Positions 48,635 through 58,815 of a stretch of DNA of 64,000 nucleotides are shown piece by piece. Where the stretch lies: NCBI GenBank assembly GCA_017941035.1, contig JAGAXG010000038.1:129-64128 (forward strand), given 5' to 3'. The notes below the pieces were generated by a model, which did not search any database, had not been told where the DNA came from, and saw only the letters and a program-made list of their open reading frames with translations. The translations under genes were made by a program, and so were the position numbers. The stretch comes from a bacterium. GTDB lineage: Bacteria; Cyanobacteriota; Vampirovibrionia; Gastranaerophilales; Gastranaerophilaceae. Position 1 is the stretch's first letter; every line of letters starts with the position of its first letter.

Positions 48635-49871
48635 AATCTTTAACCCCGATAGTTCTTGCAATTGCATATGTTGAATCTTGTACTTGTTTATCAAATTTTA
48701 AATAAATTTCAGCATTCGTATTTCCAATATCAACAATTGTTCCGTCAGAATTAAAAATCCCTTCTATCCTTGCTGTAAATTTTTCAGAAGGAGAAATTAT
48801 TTCAACTTCATCACCTATATGAATTTTATTTTTTACTTTGACAAAATATAATTCTTCATCGTTAATTTTTTCTTTCCCATGAAATTCAAATAAGAAATCA
48901 GCCCCGGCAAGACCTTTTGACAGGTTATAACTATATTCTCCTGCTCCGTTTCCTAAAGCAAAACCTGTTGTATAACCTCTATTGCCGACTTTTTTAAGTT
49001 CTTCAAAATATTTTGCCATATCTGCTTTCGGATTTTGATAAATTTCATCTATAGCTTCTCTATATGTTTTTGCTACCGCAGAGACATAATAAAGACTTTT
49101 AGTTCTACCTTCAACCTTGAATGAATCTACACCAGCATCTATCATGTCTTTTAAATAATATATTAAACACAAATCTTTCGGGCTCAAAATATGAGTGCCG
49201 TGAACTCCTTCATGAATTTCATAATACTCATTTGGTCTTGTTTCTTCTACAAGTTTATAACTCCAACGGCATGGCTGGCAGCAATTCCCTTGATTAGATA
49301 TTCTTTCACCTTGAGTAAAATAATCACTCAAAAGACATCTCCCAGAAAATGATACGCATTGTGCACCATGAATAAAACATTCAACTTCCATATCAGGAAC
49401 TTTATTTTTAATTTCTGCAATTTCAGGAATAGACAATTCACGAGCCAAAACAACACGAGTCGCACCCATATCCTGCCAAAATTTTACACATTCGTAATTT
49501 AATATATTTGTTTGAGTAGAAACATGAATATCGGTATTTGGCATATACTTTTTCAACAATCTTATGAATCCGAAATCACTGACCAATATTGCATCAGGAT
49601 TGGCATCCTTAATTATTTCAATACATTCTTCAAGATGCTTGATATCTTTGTTAAATGCAAATATATTCAATGTTAAATAAGCTTTTTTCCCGAAAGAATG
49701 AGCTAACTCTATTGCAGTTTTAAGATTTTCAAAAGTAATAAGTTCACCTTTTCTCATCGCCCTTAAACTGAAATCTACAACTCCTAAATAAACAGCATCA
49801 GCCCCATATTTTATTGCATATTCTAATTTTTCCAAATTGCCGGCAGGCAATAATAACTCAACTTTTTTCAT
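48624..49871 (-). CDS. U32-family peptidase-like protein
   Basis: ELLLPAGNLEKLEYAIKYGADAVYLG and the E-x-F-x-HG-type block CFIHGAQCVSFSGRC are typical of peptidase U32. Confidence 0.9.
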   Translation of the reverse strand: MKKVELLLPAGNLEKLEYAIKYGADAVYLGVVDFSLRAMRKGELITFENLKTAIELAHSFGKKAYLTLNIFAFNKDIKHLEECIEIIKDANPDAILVSDFGFIRLLKKYMPNTDIHVSTQTNILNYECVKFWQDMGATRVVLARELSIPEIAEIKNKVPDMEVECFIHGAQCVSFSGRCLLSDYFTQGERISNQGNCCQPCRWSYKLVEETRPNEYYEIHEGVHGTHILSPKDLCLIYYLKDMIDAGVDSFKVEGRTKSLYYVSAVAKTYREAIDEIYQNPKADMAKYFEELKKVGNRGYTTGFALGNGAGEYSYNLSKGLAGADFLFEFHGKEKINDEELYFVKVKNKIHIGDEVEIISPSEKFTARIEGIFNSDGTIVDIGNTNAEIYLKFDKQVQDSTYAIARTIGVKDYVY

Positions 49872-49939
49872 AACAAATTAATCATAATAAAAAATTATCT
49901 AAGAATCAACTAAATGGGTGATGTAGTTTTTAAAAAAAA

Positions 49940-49961
49940 ATAGAAAATAGAAATATAGAAA
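49940..49961 (+). repeat. three direct ATAGAAA repeats upstream of a small ORF
   Basis: Read directly: ATAGAAA ATAGAAA t ATAGAAA. Confidence 0.6.
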
Positions 49962-49976
49962 CGAAAGAGAGAGAGA

Positions 49977-50111
49977 ATGAAAACAATTTCAAACGCCGCA
50001 ACAACAATTAAAGAAGTTTGGGAATACCAAAATCCTGTAATGCACACTTGGTTTTTATTTAGCGCTGCAACAATAGGATGCATGTTCACGATATTGTTTT
50101 TAGCATTTTAA
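49977..50111 (+). CDS. candidate 44-aa small membrane protein (below the ORF-track cutoff)
   Basis: Hand translation gives MKTISNAATTIKEVWEYQNPVMHTWFLFSAATIGCMFTILFLAF-stop. A purine-rich GAGAGAGAGA precedes the ATG. The C-terminal half is hydrophobic, and a stem-loop with a T-run follows. Confidence 0.35.
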   Translation: MKTISNAATTIKEVWEYQNPVMHTWFLFSAATIGCMFTILFLAF

Positions 50112-50141
50112 TATAAGGTTTTATTCGCAACCCCCAAATCT

Positions 50142-50185
50142 AAACAAGACCTATGGAGATAATATTAAGGTCTTGTTTTATTTTT
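50142..50185 (+). terminator. candidate terminator after the small ORF
   Basis: 10-bp stem AAACAAGACC/GGTCTTGTTT, a 17-nt loop, then TATTTTT. Confidence 0.45.
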
Positions 50186-50285
50186 AATTAAAAAATATTT
50201 TTATTTTTGTTTAAATGATATATAATTTTCACTTGAGCAGATAAAATATATATGTTATAATTTATAAAATAAAGGAATTTTAATT

Positions 50286-51014
50286 ATGAAAAAGAAAGCA
50301 TTTACATTACCAGAAGTATTACTAACAATCGGAGTAATCGGAGTAATATCAGCTATTACAATACCTCAATTAGTAATGAGTCAGCAAGCTTCTCAAGCAA
50401 AAGCAAGATTTAATACTGCATACTCAATGATTGCAAAAGCTGTTGCAGATATGGAAACAGATGAAGTTTCTACCGATCCTAATGACTATAAAACTGCCGG
50501 ATCTTTTTATAATGTATTCAAAAACTATTTCAAAGTTACCATAGATTGCGGAATTTATTCAGGAACTAAAAATTCTGATACTTGTGTAGTATCAACTACT
50601 GACGATACTGGTCATATTACAACTAATGAACAAGAATCAAATAATTATTTAACAAAAAAAGGAAATACGAAAGTAGATCATACATTACTTGATGATGGAG
50701 CTTTTGTTACTAATAATGGAATGCTTTTTATTATAGAGAACACAACTGATAATTCATTCGGGCTTTTAGTTTCTGTAGATATTAACGGTAAAAACAAACG
50801 TCCAAACAGATGGGGTTGGGACTTATTTACTTTTGAAATTAAAGATGGTGAAGTAATACCTGTAGGCGAGTCTGAAACAAGTTACAGTTCATGGAAAAAT
50901 AACCCTGCAAACTACTGTAATAATTCAACAGATAGCCCACACAATGGAGTAACATGCGCTTCTTTTGCTACGACAGAAAAAGATTATTTCAAAAAAACAT
51001 ATGGCGGTAAATAA
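50286..51014 (+). CDS. prepilin-type N-terminal domain protein (pilin/pseudopilin-like)
   Basis: MKKKAFTLPEVLLTIGVIGVISAITIPQL, with the family motif DINGKNKRPNRWGWDLFTF. An AAGGA SD lies upstream. Confidence 0.8.
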   Translation: MKKKAFTLPEVLLTIGVIGVISAITIPQLVMSQQASQAKARFNTAYSMIAKAVADMETDEVSTDPNDYKTAGSFYNVFKNYFKVTIDCGIYSGTKNSDTCVVSTTDDTGHITTNEQESNNYLTKKGNTKVDHTLLDDGAFVTNNGMLFIIENTTDNSFGLLVSVDINGKNKRPNRWGWDLFTFEIKDGEVIPVGESETSYSSWKNNPANYCNNSTDSPHNGVTCASFATTEKDYFKKTYGGK

Positions 51015-51031
51015 ATACTAATAATATAAAT

Positions 51032-51066
51032 AAAAAGCGAACCAAAAATTGGTTCGCTTTTTATTT
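51032..51066. terminator. bidirectional rho-independent terminator between the pilin-like gene and rplT
   Basis: AAAAAGCGAACC-aaaaatt-GGTTCGCTTTTT, flanked by A-runs and T-runs on both sides. Confidence 0.75.
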
Positions 51067-51082
51067 TAAAAACTCTAAAAAC

Positions 51083-51427
51083 TTACTTAGAGATTGTTTC
51101 AAAAATTACATCAAAAGCTTCTGAATCTTTAACTGCTAAATCCGCAAGCATTTTTCTGTTAATAACAATGTTCGCTTTTTTGCAAGCATTAACAAATTTG
51201 GAATAGCTCATACCGCGTTGTCTTACAGCTGCATTGATACGAACAATCCATAATCTTCTCATATTACGTTTTGTAGTACGTCTATCTCTGTATGCATACT
51301 TTAAAGCTTTCATAACAGCAATATTCGCAACTTTAAAAATACGGCTTCTTGCGCCTACAAAACCTTTAGCAAGTTTTAATATTTTTTTGTGTCTTTTGAC
51401 ACCGGCATTTCCACGTCTAATTCTCAT
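51083..51427 (-). CDS. rplT: 50S ribosomal protein L20
   Basis: [22 protein letters not shown]...RDRR matches the L20 pattern. 114 aa. Confidence 0.95.
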   Translation of the reverse strand: MRIRRGNAGVKRHKKILKLAKGFVGARSRIFKVANIAVMKALKYAYRDRRTTKRNMRRLWIVRINAAVRQRGMSYSKFVNACKKANIVINRKMLADLAVKDSEAFDVIFETISK

Positions 51428-51438
51428 TTTTTATGCTC

Positions 51439-51648
51439 CTATCTTGAATACTTCTTGTATGGTAACTCTTTAGATACCAGATCTACGTGTGACTCAGATA
51501 CACCAACCATCTTGAAAATTCTGCGTTTTCTTGATGATGATTTGTGTTGGAGCAAGTGGCCGATGCCTGCTTGTCTTTTCATAATTTTACCGCTTGCAGT
51601 AACTTTGTAGCGTTTTGCAGCGGATCTGTGAGTTTTTAATTTTGGCAT
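51439..51648 (-). CDS. rpmI: 50S ribosomal protein L35
   Basis: MPKLKTHRSAAKRYKVTASGKI is the classic L35 start. The ATG at 51648 follows AAGGAGAA. Confidence 0.9.
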   Translation of the reverse strand: MPKLKTHRSAAKRYKVTASGKIMKRQAGIGHLLQHKSSSRKRRIFKMVGVSESHVDLVSKELPYKKYSR

Positions 51649-51723
51649 TTTGTTCTCCTTTTGCTTAAAGTAGTAACATAATAGCTTCATAGGCATACCA
51701 AAGCCTATTTCGGCTATAGAACT

Positions 51724-51752
51724 ATAATAATACAGAAAAATTTTATTTGCAA
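51724..51752 (-). promoter_or_regulatory. candidate sigma70 promoter TTGCAA-N17-TATTAT for rpmI-rplT
   Basis: On the minus strand, TTGCAA lies at 51752-51747 and TATTAT at 51729-51724, with a 17-nt spacer. The leader to the rpmI ATG is about 70 nt and contains the small hairpin ATAGGC-N8-GCCTAT. Confidence 0.4.
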
Positions 51753-51768
51753 TAGCTAAATATCAAAA

Positions 51769-52404
51769 TTATTTACCAATACAAACAACCGCTCTAGCTG
51801 TTGTTATAGTACCTGTATTCACCTTAGATTCAGGTCCTCCAACATACCATGCTCTGTTTGCATTTAAAGCACCACTAGCCCAAAAAACTCTATCAAATAT
51901 ACCAAAATCTTTCAGTTTATTAGTAACCTCTATATTTGAGGATTTTATATTCGGATAGTTAGATGAACAACCACCACCTACATTCCCTCCACTAAATAAT
52001 ATGGATGGACCATTTGCCTGGCAATAAAATTGTATAAGTTCACCTCGCGTGGGTAAATGCATATTTATTTCCTCACATTTTTTTATTGCAGCATACCATT
52101 TGTTATCTGAACAAACTGTCTCATCACCCATTCCTTTTTCAGTACTATTACAAGTATTTATACCTGATTCGGTTTCACACGACTGATTTAAATCTTTTCC
52201 ACAATAATCAAATCCAATAATTTTAAATTTTGTATATTCACCTATTGCCGGGTTTAAGTATCCATTGGGATTTGCAACTATGTAATCATTAAGTTTAGTT
52301 ACCCCTCCTATAAATTCTATATCTGTTGGAACTGTTTTTTGAAGTTTTGATAAAAGAATTCTTTTTTCAATACTAATAAACTTAAATTTTAATATTAAAT
52401 AATT
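51769..52404 (-). pseudogene. 5'-truncated lectin-like domain copy of the pilin-lectin family (no pilin N-terminus; first ATG at 52131)
   Basis: The frame is open from 52404, overlapping the folC stop, with no ATG, GTG or TTG before 52131. The product has NKWYAAIKKCEEINMHLPTRGELIQF ... ARAVVCIGK. This is the same W..A...C....HLPT..EL ... C[IV] pattern as the C-termini of 5178-6404 and 58868-59968. Confidence 0.55.
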
Positions 52405-53551
52405 CTACCAATTCTGCGATCATATAAAATGATCCGCAAATTATATTTAATTTCCCATCAAGAAAATTAATTTGTTCAGCATTTTTAAGTTCTTTTGATT
52501 TTATTGGACAATTAATTTTCAATTGATCAATTTCAGCTGAATTTTTATGTTGGAAATGATAAAAATAAACCTCATCTCCTTCATTAAAAAGTATTGAAAG
52601 CATTTTTTTGTAGTCTTTATTTTTTAAGCAACCAAAAATAAATCTCCTTTTTTCATACGGATAAATATTATCCAGACTATCTTTTAGTGAAACTATACCG
52701 TTAGGATTATGAGCTCCATCTATTATTAAATTTTTATCTTTTATATATTGAAATCTGCAAGAATGTTTTACATTTTTCAACCCATTTTCTATTTGCTCTT
52801 TGCTAATTTCAGGGAAACACTGATTAATAACAGCAAGAGCAAGTGCAAGATTTTCCTGTTGATAAGAACCTTTTAGCGCTAACGAAGAAGTATCACAAAA
52901 AGGAGCAATTATTTCTAATGGAGCACCGGCTTTCATCGTCATGTCATAATAAACTTCTTTACCCTCAATAACAAAACATGGACAATTTGGTTTAATTATT
53001 CCCGCCTTTTCAAAAGCTATTTTATCTAAAGTATCCCCAAGGCGCTCAGTGTGATCATAATCAACATGAGTAATTACAGAACAAATGTTCTTTTTAATAA
53101 CATTTGTAGCATCAAACCTGCCCCCAAGCCCTGTTTCCAATACAACAACATCCACATTATTATCCGCAAAATATTTAAACATTACTGCAGTCAAAATTTC
53201 AAACTCAGTCAAATCTATTTCGTTATCATCTGCAAGTTTAGTAATTTCGAAAATATATTGCGCAAAATCTTGTTCAGATATTTTAATACCATTAATTTGT
53301 ATACGTTCTGTATACTTAAAAATATGCGGGCTTGCATAAAGACCGACTTTTTTACCGGCATAACTAAGAATAGAAGCCAATATAGCACAAACAGAACCCT
53401 TCCCGTTTGTACCTGCAACATGAATACAATTCAATCTATCTTGAGGATTTCCTAAAATTTCTAAAATAGCAAAAATACGCTCTAAACCTAGAGAAATTCT
53501 AAATTTTGCTGAAGAAGTCAAAAGATTAACAGCATCACTATATGTTTTCAA
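52382..53551 (-). CDS. folC: folylpolyglutamate synthase/dihydrofolate synthase
   Basis: HVAGTNGKGS P-loop and Mur-ligase-like layout. 389 aa. Confidence 0.9.
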   Translation of the reverse strand: MKTYSDAVNLLTSSAKFRISLGLERIFAILEILGNPQDRLNCIHVAGTNGKGSVCAILASILSYAGKKVGLYASPHIFKYTERIQINGIKISEQDFAQYIFEITKLADDNEIDLTEFEILTAVMFKYFADNNVDVVVLETGLGGRFDATNVIKKNICSVITHVDYDHTERLGDTLDKIAFEKAGIIKPNCPCFVIEGKEVYYDMTMKAGAPLEIIAPFCDTSSLALKGSYQQENLALALAVINQCFPEISKEQIENGLKNVKHSCRFQYIKDKNLIIDGAHNPNGIVSLKDSLDNIYPYEKRRFIFGCLKNKDYKKMLSILFNEGDEVYFYHFQHKNSAEIDQLKINCPIKSKELKNAEQINFLDGKLNIICGSFYMIAELVELFNIKI

Positions 53552-53552
53552 A

Positions 53553-54905
53553 CTATTTCAATCCTTTACGTTTATAAAAATCTTCAATAAACCCAGTATT
53601 AAAGTTACCACTTATAAAAATTTCATCTTCAATAATTTCTTGATGAAAAGGGATTGTAGTTTCTACACCGGTTACAACGTATTCTTTTAACGCACGGTAC
53701 ATTCTTCTGCGAGCTTCGTTTCTATCTCTGCCCCAGCAGATTAATTTCCCAATCATTGAATCATAATAAGGAGGAATTGAATAATCTTGATAAACATGAG
53801 AGTCAACCCTGACTCCATATCCTCCAGGGGCTAAATATCCGCTAATAGTACCAGGATTTGGCATAAAATCTTTCATTGGATCTTCAGCATTTATACGACA
53901 TTCAATAGCATGACCGTTCAAATGAATATCGTCTTGCGTATAACTAAGTTTTTCACCGGAAGCAACAAGTATTTGCTCTCTTACGATATCGACACCTGAA
54001 ATCATTTCAGTGACACAATGTTCTACCTGAACACGAGTATTCATTTCCATAAAATACCACTTGCCATCATGATCAAGTAAAAATTCACAAGTTCCGGCGC
54101 CTTCGTAATCTATTGCTTTAGCTGCGCGAACTGCCGCTGCACCCATTTGTTGTCTTGTTTCTTCATCAATAGCCGGAGAAGGAGCTTCTTCCAATAATTT
54201 TTGATGACGTCTTTGAATTGAACAATCTCTTTCACCCAAATGAACAACGTTTCCGAAACTGTCACCTAAAATTTGCACTTCAATATGACGAGGATTTTCA
54301 AGGAATTTCTCGCAATATACATCAGGATTTCCAAAGAAATTTTTTGCTTCTGACTGACATAATTCAAGATTTAAAACAACATCTTCATCGTTACGACAAA
54401 TTCTCATTCCTTTACCGCCACCGCCTGCAGTAGCTTTTAATATAATTGGATAACCAACTCTGTGAGCGAAATTTTGAACTTCTTGAGCCGTTTTAACAAT
54501 ACCAGTTCCGGGAGTAACAGGAACATCATTTTCTATCATTGTTCTTCGAGCAGTAGCTTTATCACCCATTTTACGCATAGCATCACTGCTTGGTCCGATA
54601 AATTTTATTCCTTGTTTTTCGCAAATTTCAGCAAAATCTGCACGCTCTGACATAAATCCATACCCCGGATGTATAGCATCAGCTCCTGAAACCATAGCTG
54701 CAGACATAATTGCCGGAATACTTAAATAACTATCAGCACTTTTTGCAGGTCCAATACAATAAGCCTCCGTCGCAAGTCTTACATGCAAAGAATTTGCATC
54801 TGCTTGTGAGTATATTGCAACAGTAGGAATTCCTATTTCTCTGCACGCTCTTATTATTCTTACAGCTATTTCACCTCTATTTGCGATTAAAACTTTTCTA
54901 AACAT
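53553..54905 (-). CDS. accC: acetyl-CoA carboxylase biotin carboxylase subunit
   Basis: KVLIANRGEIAVRIIRA start and ATP-grasp motifs (GGGGKGMR, EMNTRVQVEH). 450 aa. Confidence 0.97.
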   Translation of the reverse strand: MFRKVLIANRGEIAVRIIRACREIGIPTVAIYSQADANSLHVRLATEAYCIGPAKSADSYLSIPAIMSAAMVSGADAIHPGYGFMSERADFAEICEKQGIKFIGPSSDAMRKMGDKATARRTMIENDVPVTPGTGIVKTAQEVQNFAHRVGYPIILKATAGGGGKGMRICRNDEDVVLNLELCQSEAKNFFGNPDVYCEKFLENPRHIEVQILGDSFGNVVHLGERDCSIQRRHQKLLEEAPSPAIDEETRQQMGAAAVRAAKAIDYEGAGTCEFLLDHDGKWYFMEMNTRVQVEHCVTEMISGVDIVREQILVASGEKLSYTQDDIHLNGHAIECRINAEDPMKDFMPNPGTISGYLAPGGYGVRVDSHVYQDYSIPPYYDSMIGKLICWGRDRNEARRRMYRALKEYVVTGVETTIPFHQEIIEDEIFISGNFNTGFIEDFYKRKGLK

Positions 54906-54978
54906 AAATATCCTTTCAAAAGATACTAAGATATTAAAATATCTTAGCGTCTTACTGCTTCAGCATCTTAGTATCCTT

Positions 54979-55443
54979 CTATTCAACATACATCAAGACT
55001 TGCCCAAACTCAACAGGTTGACCGTCTTCCACACAGATTTCAGTAATTTTGCCTGTTGTTTCAGCCTTAATTTCGTTCATCATTTTCATTGCTTCAATTA
55101 TGCAAACAACATCTCCCTGATTAACAGTTTTTCCGACAGTGACGAACGGTTCGGCATCAGGAGATGGAGCCATGTAAAACGTTCCTACCATTGGTGAAGT
55201 TACCGGTGTCCCTGATTTTTTAGCTTCTTCTTTTGCAGGAGCATTTACTGCTTGTTCATGTGCTGCGACAGCCTGAACAGCAGGAGCTTGTGCAGGGGCA
55301 CTTACAATTGCCGGAGCAGTTTGAACTATTACATCTTTTCTAATTGTAATAGCCTGTTCTCCATCTTCTAAAGATATTTCCGATAAATCATTTTCTGATA
55401 TTATTTGAGCTAGTTTTTCTATATATTCTGATTCAAATTTCAT
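54979..55443 (-). CDS. accB: biotin carboxyl carrier protein
   Basis: Ala/Pro-rich linker and the biotinylation motif IIEAMKMMNEI. Confidence 0.92.
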   Translation of the reverse strand: MKFESEYIEKLAQIISENDLSEISLEDGEQAITIRKDVIVQTAPAIVSAPAQAPAVQAVAAHEQAVNAPAKEEAKKSGTPVTSPMVGTFYMAPSPDAEPFVTVGKTVNQGDVVCIIEAMKMMNEIKAETTGKITEICVEDGQPVEFGQVLMYVE

Positions 55444-55459
55444 TTTATACTGTCCTTAA

Positions 55460-56017
55460 TTAAATTCTATCTAAATATTCGTTAGATCTAGTATCTACAC
55501 GAATAATATCGCCATTAGCTATAAAGAACGGAACGTTAACGACCGCACCTGTTTCTAAAGTCGCAGGTTTTGTACCTCCTTGAGAAGTATTCCCCTTTTC
55601 TGAAGGAGGAGTATCAACAACTTCTAACTCAACATGAGCAGGGATATCAACACCGATAACTTTCCCTTCGTGAAGAAGAATCATAACATTCATATTTTCT
55701 TTTAAGTATTTTTTACCATCTCCAACTTGAACTTCAGATACATGCAACTGATCATAAGTTTCATTATCCATCATTACATAATCTGAGCCTTCTTTATATA
55801 AATACTGCATTTCACGTCTGTCTAAAGTAGCTTTTGCAACCTTTTCACCTGCACGAAAAGTTTTTTCAACTACTTGACCTGTCATAACATTTTTTAATTT
55901 TGATCTTACGAATGCAGATCCCTTACCCGGTTTAACATGCAAAAATTCAACAACGGACCAAAGCCCATTGTCTAATTCGATTGTTAAACCTGTTTTAAAA
56001 TCATTTACTGAAATCAT
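55460..56017 (-). CDS. efp: elongation factor P
   Basis: [21 protein letters not shown] motif. 185 aa. Confidence 0.95.
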   Translation of the reverse strand: MISVNDFKTGLTIELDNGLWSVVEFLHVKPGKGSAFVRSKLKNVMTGQVVEKTFRAGEKVAKATLDRREMQYLYKEGSDYVMMDNETYDQLHVSEVQVGDGKKYLKENMNVMILLHEGKVIGVDIPAHVELEVVDTPPSEKGNTSQGGTKPATLETGAVVNVPFFIANGDIIRVDTRSNEYLDRI

Positions 56018-56151
56018 ATTTTTCCCCTTTTTAAAAGTTCAAACTATTATGCGAACACATACTATCACAAATAAACTTTTTTTTCAAAAACAAGGAAATA
56101 TTGTTACAAATAAAAAAACAAAATAGTATTTTTCATGATAAAATAATTTAT

Positions 56152-57444
56152 ATGATAGACAGATATTCAAGAGAAGAAATGGCTAAAATTTGGGATTTAA
56201 ATTCCAAATTTGATTATTATTTAAAAGTTGAACTTGCTGTTTGCGACGCATATGCACAATTGGGAGTTATCCCAAAAGAAACAGCTTGTAAAATCAGGGA
56301 AAAAGCACGCTTTAGTGTTGAACGAATTGACGAAATAGAACGCGAAGTTCGTCATGATGTTATTGCGTTTTTAACCTGTGTAAATGAAAGCTTAGGGGAT
56401 TTAGGGCGTTATGTTCATGTGGGGATGACAAGTTCTGATGTTATTGACACTGCTTTTGCACTTCAAATTCAAGATAGCGGGAAAATTATTCTAAAAGATT
56501 TGGATATAGCAATTGAAACACTTAAAAAACTCGCAAATGCGAATCGTGAAACTTTATGTATAGGGCGTTCGCACGGAATACACGCTGAAGTAATGACTTT
56601 TGGGATAAAAATGTGCAGCTGGATTGACATTTTAACACGCCAAAAAGGAAATTTTATACACGCTCTTGAACAAATACGAGTAGGACAAATCTCAGGTCCG
56701 GTGGGAACATATAGTAATATTTCTCCGCAAATTGAAAAAATTACATGTAATAACCTTGGATTGAAACCCGCACCTATATCAACTCAAATTATTGCAAGAG
56801 ATTATCATGCACATTTTATGCAATCTTTGGCATTGATTGCAAGTGTAATTGAACAATTCGCAACAGAAATCCGCCATTTGCAAAGAACAGAAGTTTTAGA
56901 ACTTGAAGAAGGCTTTGGTAAAGGGCAAAAAGGTTCTTCCGCTATGCCACATAAAAAAAATCCCGTTTTAAGCGAAAATTTATGTGGTTTGGCACGCGTT
57001 GTAAAAGCTAATTCTATTACTGCATTAGAGAATATTCCTTTATGGCATGAAAGGGATATTTCGCATTCTTCCGCAGAAAGGATTATATTCCCTGACAGTT
57101 TAACATTAGTTGATTTTATGCTCAACAGATTTAATAGTATTATGGAAAATATTGTTATTCACAAAGACAATATGCTGAAACATACCGAAGAATTCGGAGG
57201 AATTGTATATTCTCAAAAAGTTCTTCTTTCTCTTATCTCAAAAGGTTTATCAAGAGAAGAAGCCTATGTAATTGTCCAAAGAAACGCACTCAATGCATTT
57301 CAAAATAACGGGAATTTTAAAACGAATTTATTAAATGACGATGAAGTAACCTCGCGTTTAAACAATGAAGAAATTAACGCAATTTTTGATCCTCAAGCAT
57401 TTTTGGGCAATATTAATACAATTTATAAAAGAATTTTAGGCTAA
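56152..57444 (+). CDS. purB: adenylosuccinate lyase
   Basis: The MIDRYSREEM start is typical of PurB, and the signature GSSAMPHKKNP is present. The ATG at 56152 is preferred to the TTG at 56101. Confidence 0.93.
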   Translation: MIDRYSREEMAKIWDLNSKFDYYLKVELAVCDAYAQLGVIPKETACKIREKARFSVERIDEIEREVRHDVIAFLTCVNESLGDLGRYVHVGMTSSDVIDTAFALQIQDSGKIILKDLDIAIETLKKLANANRETLCIGRSHGIHAEVMTFGIKMCSWIDILTRQKGNFIHALEQIRVGQISGPVGTYSNISPQIEKITCNNLGLKPAPISTQIIARDYHAHFMQSLALIASVIEQFATEIRHLQRTEVLELEEGFGKGQKGSSAMPHKKNPVLSENLCGLARVVKANSITALENIPLWHERDISHSSAERIIFPDSLTLVDFMLNRFNSIMENIVIHKDNMLKHTEEFGGIVYSQKVLLSLISKGLSREEAYVIVQRNALNAFQNNGNFKTNLLNDDEVTSRLNNEEINAIFDPQAFLGNINTIYKRILG

Positions 57445-58521
57445 AAATTCAGCTAGAATTGTGTTGCTGATTAACGCACCTTTAGGAGTAAATGCATAAC
57501 CTTGCGGAGTTTTTCTCAAAAATTGTGAATACTTCAAAAGAATATTTTTATATTTATTTTCAAAATCTATTGAATATTTTGAATTAATTTTGTCAACATT
57601 TACGCCCTCGATAATTTTACGAAAGCCAAGAAATATTTCTTCTTCAAGTTTATCCTGCAAAGTTTCACATTTTGTGACATTATGCTCAATAGGATTATCT
57701 ATATAATCTTTGATAGTTTCTTTATTTCCATAACGAATACCGTTTTTATATCCATGCGCAGAAACACCAAAACCATAATATTCTTCATTATTCCAATAAT
57801 TCAAATTATGTTTGGAATTGTAATTAGCTTGAGAAAAATTACTTATTTCATAGTGTTCAAAACCTTTAGAAGTTAAAAATTCGACTGCCTCAAGATACAT
57901 ATCTGCTTGTTTGTCATCATCCGGAAGATTTTTGGGAATATGAGAAGAAAAATAACAACCGCTCTCTATAGATAAACCATATAATGATATATGCTGAATT
58001 CCAAGCTCAACAGCTTTTTTTAAATCATAAATAAACATTTCGATCGTCTGATCAGGAAGCCCATAAATAAAATCCAGACTTATATTTTTAAATCCTATAT
58101 CTTGAGCTGCTTTTACTGCCTGAATCACTTGAGAACTATTATGCCTGCGATTAATTAACTTCAGAATTTTATCATCAAAAGTCTGACATCCAAGACTTAT
58201 CCGATTAATACCAATCTCGTAAAGTTTTCTTATATATTCATAATTAACACTCTCAGGATTTAGTTCGGTTGTAATTTCGGTTTTATTATTTATATTAAAA
58301 TGATTAATTATTTTTTCAAATTCATCAGAAGTCAATAATGAAGGTGTTCCTCCTCCAAAGTATAAAGTGCTTAATAGCTCATTTTCATAATTATAATTAA
58401 TTTCTTTTTCAAGAGCCTTGATATAATCTTTTTTGAGTTCTAATGCAGGAAATGAAACAAATGAACAATAATGACATTTAGACTTGCAAAATGGAATATG
58501 AATATAAACACTTTTTACCAT
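57436..58521 (-). CDS. hemW: radical SAM heme chaperone HemW (coproporphyrinogen III oxidase-like)
   Basis: YIHIPFCKSKCHYCSF radical SAM cluster motif and GGGTPS. 361 aa. Confidence 0.88.
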   Translation of the reverse strand: MVKSVYIHIPFCKSKCHYCSFVSFPALELKKDYIKALEKEINYNYENELLSTLYFGGGTPSLLTSDEFEKIINHFNINNKTEITTELNPESVNYEYIRKLYEIGINRISLGCQTFDDKILKLINRRHNSSQVIQAVKAAQDIGFKNISLDFIYGLPDQTIEMFIYDLKKAVELGIQHISLYGLSIESGCYFSSHIPKNLPDDDKQADMYLEAVEFLTSKGFEHYEISNFSQANYNSKHNLNYWNNEEYYGFGVSAHGYKNGIRYGNKETIKDYIDNPIEHNVTKCETLQDKLEEEIFLGFRKIIEGVNVDKINSKYSIDFENKYKNILLKYSQFLRKTPQGYAFTPKGALISNTILAEFLA

Positions 58522-58540
58522 AAAATAGATTTTAACAGAA

Positions 58541-58762
58541 TCATAGTTTAAAATCCAGCATTGAGAATATTGTTATGTTAAATGCTCCTGAGATTTGAAG
58601 TAAATTTGTATACCTTATATCAGTAAAACCACGTTCTATATCACTTATTGTCCTGATCGAAACATTAGCAAGTTCAGCAAGCTTTTCTTGCGACATATCC
58701 CTTTTTATTCGTTCAAGACGTATTTTATTTCCCAATTCCAATAATCTGATATCTTTTTTCAT
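58541..58762 (-). CDS. XRE-family HTH regulator, divergent from the pilin-lectin gene
   Basis: LGNKIRLERIKRDMSQEKLAELANVSIRTISDIERG HTH_3 motif. 73 aa. Confidence 0.75.
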   Translation of the reverse strand: MKKDIRLLELGNKIRLERIKRDMSQEKLAELANVSIRTISDIERGFTDIRYTNLLQISGAFNITIFSMLDFKL

Positions 58763-58779
58763 ACATCAATTTTAAGGGA

Positions 58780-58807
58780 TTGAAAATTTTATTAAATGTG
58801 TTATAAT
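58780..58807 (+). promoter_or_regulatory. strong sigma70 promoter with extended -10 (TTGAAA-N16-TGtTATAAT) for the pilin-lectin gene
   Basis: TTGAAA lies at 58780-58785, TG at 58799-58800 and TATAAT at 58802-58807. Confidence 0.55.
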
Positions 58808-58815
58808 ACAAGAAT

